A stretch of DNA of 64,000 nt from a bacterium. Lineage in GTDB: Bacteria > Patescibacteriota > Andersenbacteria > UBA10190. Below are positions 28,433 to 38,669 of this stretch, piece after piece (the first letter of the stretch is position 1; each line of letters starts with the position of its first letter). Below the pieces are notes generated by a model that did not search any database, was not told where the DNA came from, and saw only the letters and a program-made list of their open reading frames with translations. Where the stretch lies: NCBI GenBank assembly GCA_030698495.1, contig JAUYKA010000035.1, positions 8,778 to 72,777 on the forward strand, given 5' to 3'. The position numbers and the translations under genes were made by a program.

Positions 28433-31400
28433 CTAGACCGTCGCCGCCCTAGCCGCCGCCAGCCCGCCGGACTGCGGTGTCACCGGCATTAAATCGGCTG
28501 TCATTTGCACCGTTGTGTCATGTTCAGACTTCATTTGCACATTCTCCTTGGCAAAATTCGCATAGCCCGGCTTTGTCACCGTAATCATATAAGATCCCGC
28601 CGGCGGCAGGGCAAAAAACTTACCCTGATTGTTCGTCACTCGTGTCATCACCAGCCGCTTAGTCTTCTGATTGAACAGTCGTACGACCGCCAAATCCAGC
28701 GGTATATGGGTAATGGCATCCCTCACCTGGCCGTAAGCCGGACGCATCCTCACCTCCAAAGCAATCTTAACAATTACCAATAGTATATACAGACCTTCAA
28801 TCACCAGATACAGCCAATTGAGCGCCAAGAACACCAACGCTGTATTTAACAAAGCTCCCGCTAAAAACAACGGCCACGACAACAACCGTCCCAATCGCTG
28901 GACCGTCTGCCAAATATGGAGAACACTCACCCGCACCGACGTTACTTCCGCCGCTGTCGGTTTCATTGGTATCACAATAGACAGTGGCTGATTAGCGTCT
29001 TTTACCGTTAATTTTCCGCCGGTATAAACAATATTTTCCGCCGGCGCCAACGACCGACCCGCCGGCGCGAATGTAAACCCTTCTGCCTTTACTCCGATTG
29101 TGTACTGACCAACCGGAAAGAAAGTACTAAACGCACCTTGAGCATTTGTTCTCTCTGTTGCCCTTAATTTACCGGTCGCGTCGTAAACCAACACAGAAAC
29201 GCCGGCCATCGGCTCATTAGTCCGATAATGCACCACCTTACCTTGAGGTTGCATCCTGCCCGTAGCCAAACTGACAGAGTCATCTTTTTTATTACGTCTC
29301 TGATTTATAGCCTGTACTAACCTTTCCGCTAATAAGATGGCCATTGAGCCCAGAGTCAAAAACAGTAAAAACAAATCGGCCGGTTTCAGTATATTGCGAA
29401 TCAGCGCCGACTCCTCTTTAACCGGCTGCGGCGGAGGCGTTTCTTGCTTTACAATATTAAAGTCCACCGTCTCTTCAGTAGGCAAGCTCCTGGTTGCGAC
29501 AGTTACTGTATCCGACGCAGACGCACCGTTCAAATCACGCGCCGTCAAAACAAAAATATATGTTTCGTTTTCATCTCCCGCCGAAAACGAAGCGGTGGCT
29601 GTCCTGTCCGACATTAACTTTACTGCCGGTCCGCTTAACTGACGCCAGCTGAAGTTAAGCGTACTGGTATCGCCCGGATCCGGATCGAAAGACGCTGTAC
29701 CGTCCAAAATTACCAGTGCCCTAGGGTTAACCACCTGGTCCGGACCGGCATCAACTGCCGGCGGTCGATTGTTTTTTAACACTGGCGCTAAATCCGGCGC
29801 CGCCGGTTTCGGAGAAACAGCCGGAGTCGGTGTTATGGAAGGCAATCCGGTCACTTGTGCCGACGTTGCCGGCGTCGGACTGGGAGTCGGGGTTGCCCCG
29901 GACAACGGCGTTGCCACCGGGACTGTCGCGGTGGAACCATCCGTCTTGCCCCTCACACTGGGCCAAGCTCCGATATTGCCAAAATTATCTTCGGCAACCA
30001 GCTTAAAAGTGTAATATTTATCGGCTGCCAAGCTGGTAATAGTTGTTGTTGTCGCCTCTGTATCATCGAGATCGCTATCGTCATTAACGTCCCAAACATC
30101 CGAACGCAATTCCAGCACCGCGGTGTTATCCGTACCGTAATACACCTTATAAACGAAAGTGTTACTGTCGGTAGCCCTATTCCAGCTCAACACCGCTTTC
30201 TCTGGATCAATACTAACCAGTCGCAGTGCTCCTGCGCCAGTAGGCGGCGCGTTATCCACCCGAAAACCAGAACTGACCGCGGCTAACCCTACATCTCTAT
30301 CATCACGAGGAATAATTCTTAAATATACCTTGGCCGTATCGCCACTTATCGGTCCGCCTGTATTTTCCGTTGATTTCGTATCCCAAGTAAACGTCAGCTT
30401 CACACTGTCGTTTTGATCGGTATCGATATGATCCACCGTTCCTACCTGATAACCATTTTTATTTACCAAATCCACACTGCCGTTATCCGCGGTAACTTTA
30501 GTCAGCCACGGTTTATACCAATGTTGGCCGTCAACAGAATATTGAACCCTAATCCGCGTCGGATCGTCATCGCCATCGGAAATTTCGCTGGTGAATTGCA
30601 CCGCCCCGCTACCGGTAGTGCTTTGCACTATTTCCCCCGGAGCCATCGCGCTAGGCTTGGTACGCAATCTTTCGTAAGCGTAAACAATGCCGCGCTGTAA
30701 ATCCGCTGTCACTATGTCACTGTCTCCGTCGCCGTCCAAATCGGCCGCCGCCACGCCATACACGCTCTGCAAATTTGTCGCGATTGTCTGTTGAGATTTA
30801 AACTGTCCCGTCCCATCGTTTTCGTACCAATAAACGCTATTCTTATCCTGATCCGCCACTAATAAGTCCAAGTTACCATCGCCGTTCAAATCAACCGTCG
30901 CCACCGTTTTCGCGTCAATACTGTTAGCCACCACCATGCGCCCATAACGAGTATAACTTGATTCCGTCGGTCCCGACTTATATAATACCAACTCATCCAC
31001 GTTATCATCGGCCGTAGCAATCCACGTACTGCCATTTTCCGGATCGCCCACGACAATATGCGTCCGATTCGCATTGCTATCGTCAACATCCACTCTAGTC
31101 CAAGTCGCCCCGTCCGACGTATCCCAGCGCTGTAAGCCGTCATCACCACCGGTAACAATATCCTTATAGCCGTTATGGTTCAAATCACCTATCGCCACCG
31201 CCGTTACTTTACTATCAGCATTTAAAACCGTTGCCGAAAACGTCCCGCTGCCGTTATTGATCCATGTGCGCAACACAAAAGGACCGCTCAAGTCCCCGCT
31301 ACTGCCGGAAGTGATAATATCAATCGCGCCATCACCGTTTATGTCCCCCGCCGCGGCCACCGCGTCCCGCCCGGTCGCCCCACCCAAAGACTGGGACGAA

Positions 31401-31888
31401 AACTCAAAATCACCGTTGTTTTTAAACCAAGCCACACTGGGCGAATCTCCCTTGAAATTAACCAAGATATCACCGTCACCGTCGCCGTCCAAATCGGCAA
31501 TTTGTACCCGCTCACTTTGTTTATCGCTCACCACGTGCAAATCAAACTTAAAATCTCCCGTGTTGGCGTAAATCTTAATGCCATCAATACCGCCGGTAAC
31601 AATATCCCTATCTCCGTCACCATCAATATCATACGCGGCCACTCCTTGCACGCCCACGGCACTGCCCGACTCTCCCACCACATGCGGCGTAAATTCCAGC
31701 GCCCCCGCTTGCGGTACCTCTATTAACCAACGCCAGCCGCTTATAACCAGCGACACAACCAACACTAAACTCACCGCGGTACGCACCGCCGGCATCACTC
31801 GGCTAAACCTCGCTCTACGGCTTCTGACTCTTAACCTCGCCCGCAAAACCACACGCTCTCTGCTTCCATGGGAGCTTTTTCTTTTCAT
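28433..31888 (-). CDS. Large surface protein: FG-GAP/VCBS propeller, FN3, PKD-like and carboxypeptidase-regulatory-like domains with TM segments
   Basis: Repeated DxDGDGDxD, WNRATD..YKVYYG..YTFKLVAED, VDAGPDQ..LDGTAS..WRQLSGP. Confidence 0.8.
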   Translation of the reverse strand: MKRKSSHGSRERVVLRARLRVRSRRARFSRVMPAVRTAVSLVLVVSLVISGWRWLIEVPQAGALEFTPHVVGESGSAVGVQGVAAYDIDGDGDRDIVTGGIDGIKIYANTGDFKFDLHVVSDKQSERVQIADLDGDGDGDILVNFKGDSPSVAWFKNNGDFEFSSQSLGGATGRDAVAAAGDINGDGAIDIITSGSSGDLSGPFVLRTWINNGSGTFSATVLNADSKVTAVAIGDLNHNGYKDIVTGGDDGLQRWDTSDGATWTRVDVDDSNANRTHIVVGDPENGSTWIATADDNVDELVLYKSGPTESSYTRYGRMVVANSIDAKTVATVDLNGDGNLDLLVADQDKNSVYWYENDGTGQFKSQQTIATNLQSVYGVAAADLDGDGDSDIVTADLQRGIVYAYERLRTKPSAMAPGEIVQSTTGSGAVQFTSEISDGDDDPTRIRVQYSVDGQHWYKPWLTKVTADNGSVDLVNKNGYQVGTVDHIDTDQNDSVKLTFTWDTKSTENTGGPISGDTAKVYLRIIPRDDRDVGLAAVSSGFRVDNAPPTGAGALRLVSIDPEKAVLSWNRATDSNTFVYKVYYGTDNTAVLELRSDVWDVNDDSDLDDTEATTTTITSLAADKYYTFKLVAEDNFGNIGAWPSVRGKTDGSTATVPVATPLSGATPTPSPTPATSAQVTGLPSITPTPAVSPKPAAPDLAPVLKNNRPPAVDAGPDQVVNPRALVILDGTASFDPDPGDTSTLNFSWRQLSGPAVKLMSDRTATASFSAGDENETYIFVLTARDLNGASASDTVTVATRSLPTEETVDFNIVKQETPPPQPVKEESALIRNILKPADLFLLFLTLGSMAILLAERLVQAINQRRNKKDDSVSLATGRMQPQGKVVHYRTNEPMAGVSVLVYDATGKLRATERTNAQGAFSTFFPVGQYTIGVKAEGFTFAPAGRSLAPAENIVYTGGKLTVKDANQPLSIVIPMKPTAAEVTSVRVSVLHIWQTVQRLGRLLSWPLFLAGALLNTALVFLALNWLYLVIEGLYILLVIVKIALEVRMRPAYGQVRDAITHIPLDLAVVRLFNQKTKRLVMTRVTNNQGKFFALPPAGSYMITVTKPGYANFAKENVQMKSEHDTTVQMTADLMPVTPQSGGLAAARAATV

Positions 31889-32020
31889 ATACCTGCATAT
31901 TAGCAGGAAAACACCTTTTAAATCTACAAAAGCTACGTATCTACAAACTTACATTGGTAGAGTAGTTTTGTATATTTGTAGCTTTGTACATTTGTAGATC
32001 TGCAGATTTGTAATCCATCT

Positions 32021-34444
32021 CTACTTCACCACAAAATTAATGAGCTTATTCGGTACAAATATAACTTTCACAATTTGCTTCCCCTCTAAATACTTACCTA
32101 CATTCTCTACCTGCCACGCTTGCTCTTCAATTACTGTCTTAGCCGCACCTACGACCACCTCCAGCGTCCCGCGCAAACGTCCGTTCACCTGCACCGGAAT
32201 CGTAATCGCCGCCTGCTTTAAAACACGCTCGTCAAACACCGGCCACTCTTCCCGCAAAACCGAGGTTTTATGACCAAGATATTGCCATAACTCCTCCGTC
32301 AGATGCGGCGCGTAAGGGCTAAGCAATAAAACAAATCGTTCCAACACTCCACGCGGCACCGGCACGCTTTTTTCCAGTTCGTTCAGCATCTCCATTAAAG
32401 CCGCGATGGCCGTATTAAAGCTGAATTTCTCCGTGCTCTCTGAAACTCGTTTTATCGTCTGCTGTGTCAGTGTTTCCAGTTCTTTATTTCCAACACCGTC
32501 AGCTATCGAACTTCCTTTTACTACCCCCCACACCCGTTTCAAAAACCGCTGCGCCCCGGCAATACTTGCCGTACTCCACATGCCCGACCCGTCAAACGGT
32601 CCCATAAACATCTCGTAAATGCGCAGCGTATCGGCGCCATATTTGGCCACCACATCATCAGGATTAATTACATTTCCCCGCGACTTGCTCATCTTTTGTC
32701 CATCCTCTCCGATTACCAAACCCACATTGCGCAAACGTAAAAAAGGTTCCCTAAAAGAGAGCGCTCCGGCATCGGCCAGCACCTTAGTCCAAAAGCGCGC
32801 GTACAAAAGATGCAACACCGCGTGTTCCGCTCCGCCGATATACAAATCAACCGGCAACCAGCGCTTAAGCGCTTCCGGACCCGCTAGCGCTTCTTTATTG
32901 TTCGGATCAACATAGCGCAGGAAATACCAGGAAGAACCGGCCCATTGCGGCATAGTGTTGGTTTCCCTCTTGCCCATGCCCGAGCAAGTAGGACACCTTA
33001 CGTTTACCCAATCATCAATTTGCGCCAGGGGAGACTCACCCGTTCCCGTCGGTTCGTATTTTTCCACCTCCGGCAATTTAACCGGCAGCTGGTCTTCCGG
33101 CACCGGCACCGCGCCGCATTTGTCGCAATGAATAATCGGAATTGGCTCTCCCCAGTAACGCTGTCGGGAGAACACCCAGTCGCGCAAACTATACGTAACC
33201 ATCCGCTTGCCGTAACCGTTTTGCTGCATGTAATCTTTCATTCTTTCCGTCGCGTCATGAATATTCATTCCGTCCAAAAATCCGGAATTAATCATTTTCC
33301 CCTCGTCTTCCTGCACCTGCTCAATTCTCTCAATTTCAGACGCATCATCATCCGCCGCTACCACCACCCGGATAATGGGCAATTCAAATTTTTTCGCGAA
33401 TTCAAAATCACGCTTATCATGCCCCGGCACTCCCACCACCGCCCCCGTGCCAAAATGTCCAATCACAAAATCAGATATCCACACCGGCATCTCCCGCTTT
33501 GTCAGCTGATTAACGACGTAGTATCCGGTAAACACACCTGTTTTATCGCGTCCCTCTTCCATTCTCTCTCGCTCCGTTTTATGAGCCGCACGATCAATAT
33601 AATCCGCCACCTCTTTATTCTTTTTTGCCAACTGCCCAGCAATTTTGTGCTCTGGCGCCAGCACCACAAACGTCGCGCCGAAATTGGTGTCCGGCCGCGT
33701 CGTAAAACACGTAATTGTCTCGTCAGTTCCTTTAATCTTGTAAGTAATATTTATTCCTTCTTTGCGCCCGATCCAATTTCTTTGTGATTCCATAATAAAC
33801 TTCGGCCACTCCAAACCGCCCAAATCATTTAACAGCTGATCGGCGTAACGCGTAATTCGCAACAGCCATTGGCGCATCGGCTTCTGTACCACCGGCGTGC
33901 CGCACCGCTCGCACTTGCCATCCACCACTTCCTCGTTAGCTAAACCTGTTTTATCCTTCGGACACCAATTTATCGGCACTGTCGCCTCATACGCCAGACC
34001 AAGCTTGTAAAGCTGTAGAAAAATCCACTGCGTCCACTTGTAGTATTCCGGATCCGTCGTGTTTACTTCCCGATCCCAGTCATATAACAAACCGACCCGT
34101 CGCATCTGCTGGCGGAACCGATCAATGTTTTTCTCCGTCAGCTTGGCCGGATGCACACCGTACTTTATTGCCGAGTTCTCCGTCGGCAACCCGAAGGCGT
34201 CCCAACCGGTCGGATGTAATACGGCAAACCCTTTCATCCGCAAATACCTGGCCACTACATCCGAAGCGGTATAAATCTTCACATGTCCCACGTGCAAGCC
34301 ATCTCCCGAAGGATAAGGAAACATATCCAGCACATACCGCTTCTTCTTCACCGGATCCGTATCGGTTTGATATAATTTCTCATCCAGCCAAAATTTCTGC
34401 CACTTCGGTTCAATTTCCTGTGGTTTATATTCGTCTGTCGCCAT
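32021..34444 (-). CDS. leuS: Leucine--tRNA ligase
   Basis: MFPYPSG..HVGH, FTTRPDT, GGAEHAVLHLLY, KMSKS. Confidence 0.98.
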   Translation of the reverse strand: MATDEYKPQEIEPKWQKFWLDEKLYQTDTDPVKKKRYVLDMFPYPSGDGLHVGHVKIYTASDVVARYLRMKGFAVLHPTGWDAFGLPTENSAIKYGVHPAKLTEKNIDRFRQQMRRVGLLYDWDREVNTTDPEYYKWTQWIFLQLYKLGLAYEATVPINWCPKDKTGLANEEVVDGKCERCGTPVVQKPMRQWLLRITRYADQLLNDLGGLEWPKFIMESQRNWIGRKEGINITYKIKGTDETITCFTTRPDTNFGATFVVLAPEHKIAGQLAKKNKEVADYIDRAAHKTERERMEEGRDKTGVFTGYYVVNQLTKREMPVWISDFVIGHFGTGAVVGVPGHDKRDFEFAKKFELPIIRVVVAADDDASEIERIEQVQEDEGKMINSGFLDGMNIHDATERMKDYMQQNGYGKRMVTYSLRDWVFSRQRYWGEPIPIIHCDKCGAVPVPEDQLPVKLPEVEKYEPTGTGESPLAQIDDWVNVRCPTCSGMGKRETNTMPQWAGSSWYFLRYVDPNNKEALAGPEALKRWLPVDLYIGGAEHAVLHLLYARFWTKVLADAGALSFREPFLRLRNVGLVIGEDGQKMSKSRGNVINPDDVVAKYGADTLRIYEMFMGPFDGSGMWSTASIAGAQRFLKRVWGVVKGSSIADGVGNKELETLTQQTIKRVSESTEKFSFNTAIAALMEMLNELEKSVPVPRGVLERFVLLLSPYAPHLTEELWQYLGHKTSVLREEWPVFDERVLKQAAITIPVQVNGRLRGTLEVVVGAAKTVIEEQAWQVENVGKYLEGKQIVKVIFVPNKLINFVVK

Positions 34445-34512
34445 GTTTATAGCCTAAATCCAACCCACCCAAATTACCAGACAAGTCAACCAACATTATT
34501 GCTTTTTCATAA

Positions 34513-34676
34513 GCGAGAGGCACTTTTCGCGGCACCTACTTCCGGCAACGCACTTGCCCCGTCCAGCGACGGGACTGCGCTCGACTAAAAGCCTGCCGCT
34601 CCGCCTTTTAAGGCGGAGACCATGCCGGCAAGCTTTTAGACGGTTGCCGGAAGTAGGCACCGCGAGTGCCGCTCGC
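34513..34676 (-). repeat. Structured junction repeat, copy B
   Basis: Same stem and junction layout as 34818-34998 and 52186-52353, inverted. Confidence 0.7.
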
Positions 34677-34743
34677 CACGAAAGTCCATGTAGAATAGGC
34701 TAACAATAGCCATTCTATCCTGATGAAACTCATATTAAGTTTT

Positions 34744-34783
34744 GTCATTCCGGAATTTTGCCAAGGGCAAAATATCCGGAATC
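34744..34783. repeat. GTCATTCCGG...CCGGAATCC palindrome (RPE/REP-like)
   Basis: ATTCCGGA-TTTTGCC/GGCAAAA-TCCGGAAT inverted repeat. Confidence 0.55.
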
Positions 34784-34817
34784 CAAGCGGAAATTCAACG
34801 CTCTAGTATAACGCACC

Positions 34818-34998
34818 AGCAAGCGACGCCACGACTTTTGCTCTTGGCGACCGTCTGAAGGCTTGTCGGCATGGTCCCCGCCGTTATTTTGCCGCGGCAA
34901 AATAACGGCGGGGCGACAAAACTTCAGTCGAGCGCAGCCCGCCCGCAGGGGGCGGGCAAGTGTGTCGTCCAAGAGTGAAAGTTGTGGCGCCGCTTGCT
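34818..34998 (+). repeat. Structured junction repeat, copy A
   Basis: Long outer stem; CGT, GCATGGT and TCGAG junction segments; inner palindromic hairpin. Confidence 0.7.
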
Positions 34999-35008
34999 AA
35001 TTAAAATT

Positions 35009-36331
35009 TTACTTACCCCCGTGTAACATTTTCCGCGCCTCGTCAACGCGCCTTTTAACTTCCTTCTCAAACCCGTCACTGCCCGGTTCATAATAAATAT
35101 GCTCTTGAATACTTCCCGGCCGATATTTCTGCTCCACCACATGTCCGGCAAAATCATGCGGATACTTGTATCCAACTCCTTTGCCAAATTGCTTCATCCC
35201 TTCTATCGGTGCATTTGTAATATGTCCCGGCGGCGCGTCATTGCCGTGTAAACGCACATCATCCTTTGCCGCTTCCTTCGCCCTATACACACTATTGCTC
35301 TTCGGCGCCGCCGACAAATACACCGCCGTCTGCGCCAACGCAAACTCCGCTTCCGGCAGTCCCACCCACTTCAGCGCCTGACTGGCCGCCGCCGCCAGCA
35401 TCAGCGCGTGCGGATCCGCATTGCCTATGTCTTCCGACGCAAAAATCATCATTCGCCTGATGATGAACTTAGGATCTTCCCCTGCCAGCAACATCCGAAA
35501 CAGATAAAACAGCGCCGCGTCCGGATCCGACCCCCGCATACTTTTTATAAACGCCGAAATAGTATCGTAATGCGCGTCGCCTTTCTTGTCATACTGCACC
35601 ACTGACGCTTGCGCCGCCGATTCCACCTCTTCCCGCGTAATCGCTTTCTTCGACCTCGTTTTGCTTGAACCTCTGGCCAACACCATCCGCTCCAGAATAT
35701 TAAGCGCCCGCCGCGCGTCCCCACCCGCCAACTCCACGAGCGTCTTTCTGGCTTCCACTGACAGCTTCTCCTTTCCGGCTAAACCGTTTTCCTCATCCCG
35801 CAACGCTCGATCGATAATTTTCCCTATCGCTTCCTGATCGTGCGGTTCCAATTTAACCACTTCCGCGCGACTTACCAGTGCCGCGATAACTTCAAAATAT
35901 GGATTTTCCGTCGTCGCCCCTATCATCGTCACCACGCCTTCTTCCACCGCCGGCAGCAGCACATCCTGTTGCGCTTTATTAAACCGATGTATTTCATCCA
36001 CAATCAGAATCGTTCTCGTATTCATTTTGCGCCACTCTTGCGCCCGGCTTATCACTTCCCGTAATTCTTTCACACCAGCCGCCACCGCACTGATCCGCTC
36101 CACTTTCGCCGACATCACATTGGCAATTAAAAAAGCCAGGCTCGTTTTTCCTACTCCGGGCGGCCCCCATAAGATAAGTGATCCAACAAGGCCTTGTTCT
36201 ATTGAGCGCCTTAAAGCCGAATCATGCCCCAAAACTTTATTTTGCCCCACATACTCATCCAAATTTCGCGGACGCATTCTTGCCGCCAGCGGCACGTAAG
36301 ACTGGCTTATTTTGCTTTTAGTTCGTGGCAT
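35009..36331 (-). CDS. rarA: Replication-associated recombination protein A
   Basis: PLAARMRP, WGPPGVGKT, DEIHRFNKAQQD, YDTISAFIKSMRGSDPDA. Confidence 0.97.
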   Translation of the reverse strand: MPRTKSKISQSYVPLAARMRPRNLDEYVGQNKVLGHDSALRRSIEQGLVGSLILWGPPGVGKTSLAFLIANVMSAKVERISAVAAGVKELREVISRAQEWRKMNTRTILIVDEIHRFNKAQQDVLLPAVEEGVVTMIGATTENPYFEVIAALVSRAEVVKLEPHDQEAIGKIIDRALRDEENGLAGKEKLSVEARKTLVELAGGDARRALNILERMVLARGSSKTRSKKAITREEVESAAQASVVQYDKKGDAHYDTISAFIKSMRGSDPDAALFYLFRMLLAGEDPKFIIRRMMIFASEDIGNADPHALMLAAAASQALKWVGLPEAEFALAQTAVYLSAAPKSNSVYRAKEAAKDDVRLHGNDAPPGHITNAPIEGMKQFGKGVGYKYPHDFAGHVVEQKYRPGSIQEHIYYEPGSDGFEKEVKRRVDEARKMLHGGK

Positions 36332-36385
36332 ACTTTTCAGTGTACCCCAAAACAGCCGTTCTCACACCGGAATTTTACACCTCGC

Positions 36386-36538
36386 CTAATCCAGTAAACT
36401 CTCCAGTGATGCCTGAATATAACCGTGTAATGGTGTCGCGTAAAGCAAACCCAGCGCCCCTAAAAACACGGCTATTAATATTGCCAGCAAAAGCAGCACC
36501 TTCCGCTGCGCCACCTGTTGCCAATAATCCTTAACCAT
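36386..36538 (-). CDS. 50-aa single-TM small protein (MVKDYWQQVAQRKVLLLLAILIAVFLGALGLLY...)
   Basis: Manual translation; GGAGG upstream; hydrophobic helix. Confidence 0.55.
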   Translation of the reverse strand: MVKDYWQQVAQRKVLLLLAILIAVFLGALGLLYATPLHGYIQASLESLLD

Positions 36539-36699
36539 ACTATAACTATCCTCCAAATTTTCTTTTCAATCAAACTGCAACCATATTTTTATTACCACCA
36601 ATCAATTTGTGGTAATATGCGCCAGGTTGTACTTTTCAATCTTTTAATGTATTACTTTTACAAGTTGGTTCCCTTACAAATTTATGGGGAGGGTTTAAA

Positions 36700-37119
36700 A
36701 TGGATCGCTCGCCTTTTGACAAACAAAACCGGATAATATCCAGTTGGTCACTGCCCGTTCCTGCCACTGCAACCGAATGCAATCGATTAATCCGTTACAT
36801 CCTACAGGGTAACGGTACCGATTCTGGTCACATAGGCGACCATGTTCGCCTATCCCGGAAATATCATCAACGATGGGTCGGCACACGCGTTAGAATCAAA
36901 AGGAGAAAAGGAAGACGCTACAGTGGTAGACAAGGCACCGTCATCGCCCTTCAGGCTAGAACCGCCGACGAAGTTGAACAAGCTCGGCTTACTTGCCGCC
37001 GCCACACCCCGCACCCCTTCAAAGCCCTCGTGCATCTTGAGGGAATAACAAAACCCGTTACCATATCTCTTTCCCTCCTGCTCCTGGTCGAACGCCAAGA
37101 ACAGCGCACCTTGTTCTAA
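36700..37119 (+). CDS. Basic hypothetical protein, possible KOW/SH3-like C-terminus
   Basis: GGAGG SD; VGTRVRI..GRRYSGRQGTVIAL; terminator CTAGCCC/GGGCTAG at ~37132-37152. Confidence 0.55.
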   Translation: MDRSPFDKQNRIISSWSLPVPATATECNRLIRYILQGNGTDSGHIGDHVRLSRKYHQRWVGTRVRIKRRKGRRYSGRQGTVIALQARTADEVEQARLTCRRHTPHPFKALVHLEGITKPVTISLSLLLLVERQEQRTLF

Positions 37120-37227
37120 AAGCGCCTCCCACTAGCCCACCCGGGCTAGTTTTCTTACTTAAAAAAACAAACCCGAACAATATCAAGGATTATCCTTTAA
37201 AATGCCTTGATACGGCTTATGAACACT

Positions 37228-38004
37228 CTATTTTAAGCCAAACAACTTACGTGTGTTCTGTTCTGTTGCACTATCCACAACCTCTAAATCCACTCCTCGC
37301 AACTGCGCAATCTTTTCCGCCGTCAGCCTTACATAAGCCGGCTCATTCCGTTCACCCCGATGGGGCACCGGCGCCAGAAACGGCGCGTCGGTCTCCACCA
37401 GCATTCTATCCAGCGGTACCAACTTAGCCACCTCCGGCAGCGCCCCGGAGTTTTTAAAAGTGACCACGCCGGAAAAAGAAACATAAAGTCCCAACTCCAA
37501 ATATCTTTGCGCTTGCTCTAAACTGCCACTGAACGAATGCATCACACCACGCGGACGCTCATCCACCGACAACCTTCCCAGTATTTCCAGTAAATCTTCA
37601 TTGGCATCTCGGTCACCGCTTCTTATATGCCAAACTACCGGCAAGTCACGAGTAACCGCCAACCTTATAAACCGCAACAAAACCGGCTCCTGCTCCTCGC
37701 GTTTGCCGCCACGGTAATAATCAAGCCCTACCTCACCAATTGCCACCACTTTATTGCCGGTTATCAATTGTTCCATCTCCCGCCAGTCATTCTCCGTTAA
37801 TTTATTAATATCATCGGGATGCACACCTACCGTCGCCCACGCATTACTATATTTCCGGGCCATTGCAACCGCCTGTCGGCTGGATACCATATCCGCGCCT
37901 ATTTCAATCCAACCTTTAACACCGACCGCCGCCATCCGGGCTACCGCCTCATCCCTGTCATTATCAAAAGCCTCAAAGGCTACATGTGCGTGTGAATCAA
38001 TCAT
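37228..38004 (-). CDS. tatD: TatD family nuclease
   Basis: IDSHAH, GVHP, IGEVGLDYY, HSF, ETDAPFL. Confidence 0.95.
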   Translation of the reverse strand: MIDSHAHVAFEAFDNDRDEAVARMAAVGVKGWIEIGADMVSSRQAVAMARKYSNAWATVGVHPDDINKLTENDWREMEQLITGNKVVAIGEVGLDYYRGGKREEQEPVLLRFIRLAVTRDLPVVWHIRSGDRDANEDLLEILGRLSVDERPRGVMHSFSGSLEQAQRYLELGLYVSFSGVVTFKNSGALPEVAKLVPLDRMLVETDAPFLAPVPHRGERNEPAYVRLTAEKIAQLRGVDLEVVDSATEQNTRKLFGLK

Positions 38005-38174
38005 TGTTTTATGTAATTATAAATACATAATCAAATAACTTTAACCCCATTAACCTCTCAATATAAGCCCCCCACTACTAGCTACTTACTGCTTACTACT
38101 TTTAACTAAAACGCTTTATATTAACATGAGACACAATTATCTTTGTTATTATCTCTAACCTATAATTTCAACCA

Positions 38175-38621
38175 ATGCTTTCCGCCGTCCACACTGTAAC
38201 TAGTCTCCCCTTCGCCATCTATCTCGGTAACATCCCGGCAATTCTCATCGCTGCTTTTCTGTGGCATTTTTTGGCCGACTCAATTCTGCATTGGAATATA
38301 GATCCCAACAAACCGGACTCTTATCCTTACTTCTTTGTCAGTCTGGATGTCATTGGCGGACTAGTCGTAGCCTACTTTCTCCTTGGTCCCGCTATGTTCA
38401 CCCCCCGCTTTCTGGCCGCTATTATCGGCGGCAACCTGCCGGATGTCATCCACACCGTCTGGTACTTACTACCACCAAACAAGCGCCAACACTGGTTCGG
38501 CTGGGCCAAATGGTGGTTTGATTTTCACCACCGCGTCCAAAACGAAACCAAAAATATACTTGCCGGACTAGCTACTCAAGCCTTGGCTGTAATCACTGCA
38601 ATTTATCTCATCCTTAAGTAA
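38175..38621 (+). CDS. Membrane protein, possible metal-dependent hydrolase
   Basis: His/Asp motifs VH..HFLADSILH..NLPD..FHH among TM helices. Confidence 0.6.
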   Translation: MLSAVHTVTSLPFAIYLGNIPAILIAAFLWHFLADSILHWNIDPNKPDSYPYFFVSLDVIGGLVVAYFLLGPAMFTPRFLAAIIGGNLPDVIHTVWYLLPPNKRQHWFGWAKWWFDFHHRVQNETKNILAGLATQALAVITAIYLILK

Positions 38622-38669
38622 ACACAGGTCTGTATTTACTTTATTTACTGTGTTCTGTATTTACTATAC

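Noticed and set aside
32945-33787. 280-aa antisense ORF in leuS and similar shadow ORFs
   Set aside because: They lie opposite conserved genes and have no recognisable motifs or start signals
34862-34885. HDV-like ribozyme suggested by GTCGGCATGGTCCC
   Set aside because: The downstream sequence forms a simple long hairpin rather than the nested double pseudoknot; the resemblance appears coincidental
34445-35008. T-box riboswitch upstream of leuS
   Set aside because: No T-box GGTGG(N)ACC antiterminator or specifier stem; the structures are dispersed repeats present in both orientations
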